A DNA stretch of 64,000 nucleotides from Camelus dromedarius (lineage: Eukaryota), in contig NC_087438.1 of NCBI RefSeq assembly GCF_036321535.1, positions 1,428,001 through 1,492,000 on the forward strand, written 5' to 3'. A program made the position numbers and the translations under genes. Positions 62,186 through 64,000 of the stretch are shown piece after piece; the stretch's first letter is position 1, and each line of letters begins with the position of its first letter. Under the pieces are notes generated by a model that was given only the letters and a program-made list of their open reading frames with translations, did not search any database and was not told where the DNA came from.

Positions 62186-62199
62186 GCAGCAAAGGGAAT

Positions 62200-63439
62200 T
62201 TCAATGAAAACAGCAGAATAAGGAGCTCTGAAAATTGTTTCATCCATAAAACCAAGGAGAATATTGTACAGAAATTGACAGAATCACATTTTCAAATCTC
62301 CGGAAATTAATCAAGGGCTTATAGCAATGCAGGGAGTGTTTATTCAAGAAAAAACACATCTGAATTTCATATGGAAGAGTGAGCTGTGGACATTTTAATT
62401 TACCCTATTTCCACCCCTCTCCCCCAGTGCTAGGGTGGGCTTTAAAACCAACAGCCCACATTCAAGGTGAACAGCAGCAGCCTGGCAGCCACTGGAGCAG
62501 AAAAAATGTGGGAGATCCTTCAAACCCCCTCCCCCAAACTGGCCTTGTTTGACCTGTCTGGTTGTTCCCTGGGAAACCCACTCATGAGGTTGTCTTTACT
62601 TGACCTCATTTGGAGCTCACCCAGCAGAACAGCCTTTTCCCCAGTGATGTATGTCAAAAACAACCGGAGGCAACTGTTGAACACTGAGGTTGCTTGAGGC
62701 AATAGATCACAGTCAGAGAAACTGTCAGGCTAACCAAAAAAGCTAGAGGATGAGATGTCTATAGATGCTTGAGAAATCTCAATATAGTTGTTGGATTATG
62801 GATGGATCTGTGCATGTCCAGGGCTGAGCAGATGCTCCAGAGAGACGTGAGAATGCCCTGAGCTCTCGTCTTTTGTACCCTCGAGGCTCTGCACAAGCAG
62901 GAAGGGTGAGGCAGCAGTGCAGTCTGTCTGGCTGTGTGCTGAAGGTGTTCCCCACCATGTACACACAGACCCTCAGCAAAGATGGGAAACTTGTGGACAT
63001 CCCTGTCCAAATGTTTGCTGACCACTAAACCACCTAGGCAGAGACTTCAGTGGTCACACCTGACAGAAAATACAGATGTACAGGATTAGTTTAAAAAGTG
63101 AGGAAGTAAACCTAACCAAAAGCCAAGAGCAACTACATAAAGCCCTGCAGGTGGAGAGAGTCTGACCTTCAGAGCTACCACATTTTGTGATTGAAAAATC
63201 CAATTTTCAACAACAACGACAAATATGAGACATGCAAAGAAACAAGAAAGTATGACCCAAGCACAGAGGGAAACAGAGCAGTAAACAGAAAGGCCCTGGA
63301 GGAACCCAGCCTTCGGACGTAACAGCCAAAGCACGTAAATCATCTGCTTGATGTATTTTCACAGAACCAGAAGGAGCCATGCTTAGGTAACCGAAGAAAA
63401 GCATGAGAATCACTTCTCACCAAATGGAAAATACAATAT

Positions 63440-63476
<37 letters not shown>

Positions 63477-64000
63477 AGAAAAAAAGAACCAAATACAAAT
63501 TGCGAAGCTGAAAAGTTCGAGATTGAAATACAAATTTTACTAAAGAGCCTCACAAACAGATTGGAGCAGGGTTCCATGAATCTGAAGGAAGGCCAATTGA
63601 AATTATCCAGTTGGAGGAGCAGAAAGAATAAAGAACGAAGAGAAATGAACAGAGCCCTGTGGGACACCATCGGGGTACAGACACACACATCATGGGAGGC
63701 AGAGGGAAGCAGAAACTGAAAGCAGGACACAGGGTGTCTGACGAAGCAGCAGCCTGCACCTGTGCAGGTGCACAGGGTTCTCCGTGAGAGTAAGAGGAGG
63801 TTCTTACCGGCCACTGTGGAGGCTGGAAGGCAAAAGTCTGTAAACCAAGCATGTGTATCCTGAAACACCATTCTTTAAAAATGAGGGAGAAATTAGACAT
63901 CCCCTAACGAAGAAAAACTGGAAAAACGTGTTACTAGCAGGATAGGTCGTATGTTAAGAAGACATTTAAAAAAAAAAAGCTTCAATATTTTAACAAAGAT
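62200..64000 (+). mobile_element. Old L1 (L1M4/L1MC-type) 5' UTR and degenerate ORF1; runs off the window end
   Basis: GAGACATGCAAAGAAACAAGAAAGTATGACCC; ORF 63444-63719 includes SLTNRLEQ...ERREMNRALWDTI (coiled-coil ORF1-like); ...AAAATGAGGGAGAAATTAGACATCCC. Confidence 0.8.
63442..63475. repeat. (GT)n microsatellite
   Basis: About 17 perfect GT units. Confidence 0.98.

Overview
This is mammalian genomic DNA, most likely camelid (alpaca, llama or camel). The host call rests on a tRNA-Ala-derived SINE resembling the camelid vic-1 family and on laurasiatherian-type L1 3' ends. I recognise no protein-coding gene, RNA gene or prokaryotic-type system. The ORF track consists of chance GC-rich ORFs, L1 remnants and simple-repeat artefacts. 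The window looks like intronic or gene-desert sequence in a GC/CpG-rich, probably distal chromosomal domain. It contains young and old L1 fragments (two 5'-inverted), L2, MIRs, ERV1-type solo LTRs, MaLR LTRs, hAT MITEs, a ~900 bp CAT/CAC repeat and a G-rich minisatellite. Several non-repetitive blocks are dense in homeodomain, TCF and E-box motifs and resemble developmental enhancers. The most notable signal is a localised AT-to-GC conversion of old L1 copies, consistent with GC-biased gene conversion. Repeat family names come from my recollection of consensus sequences, not from a database search. I found no evidence for a new biological system.
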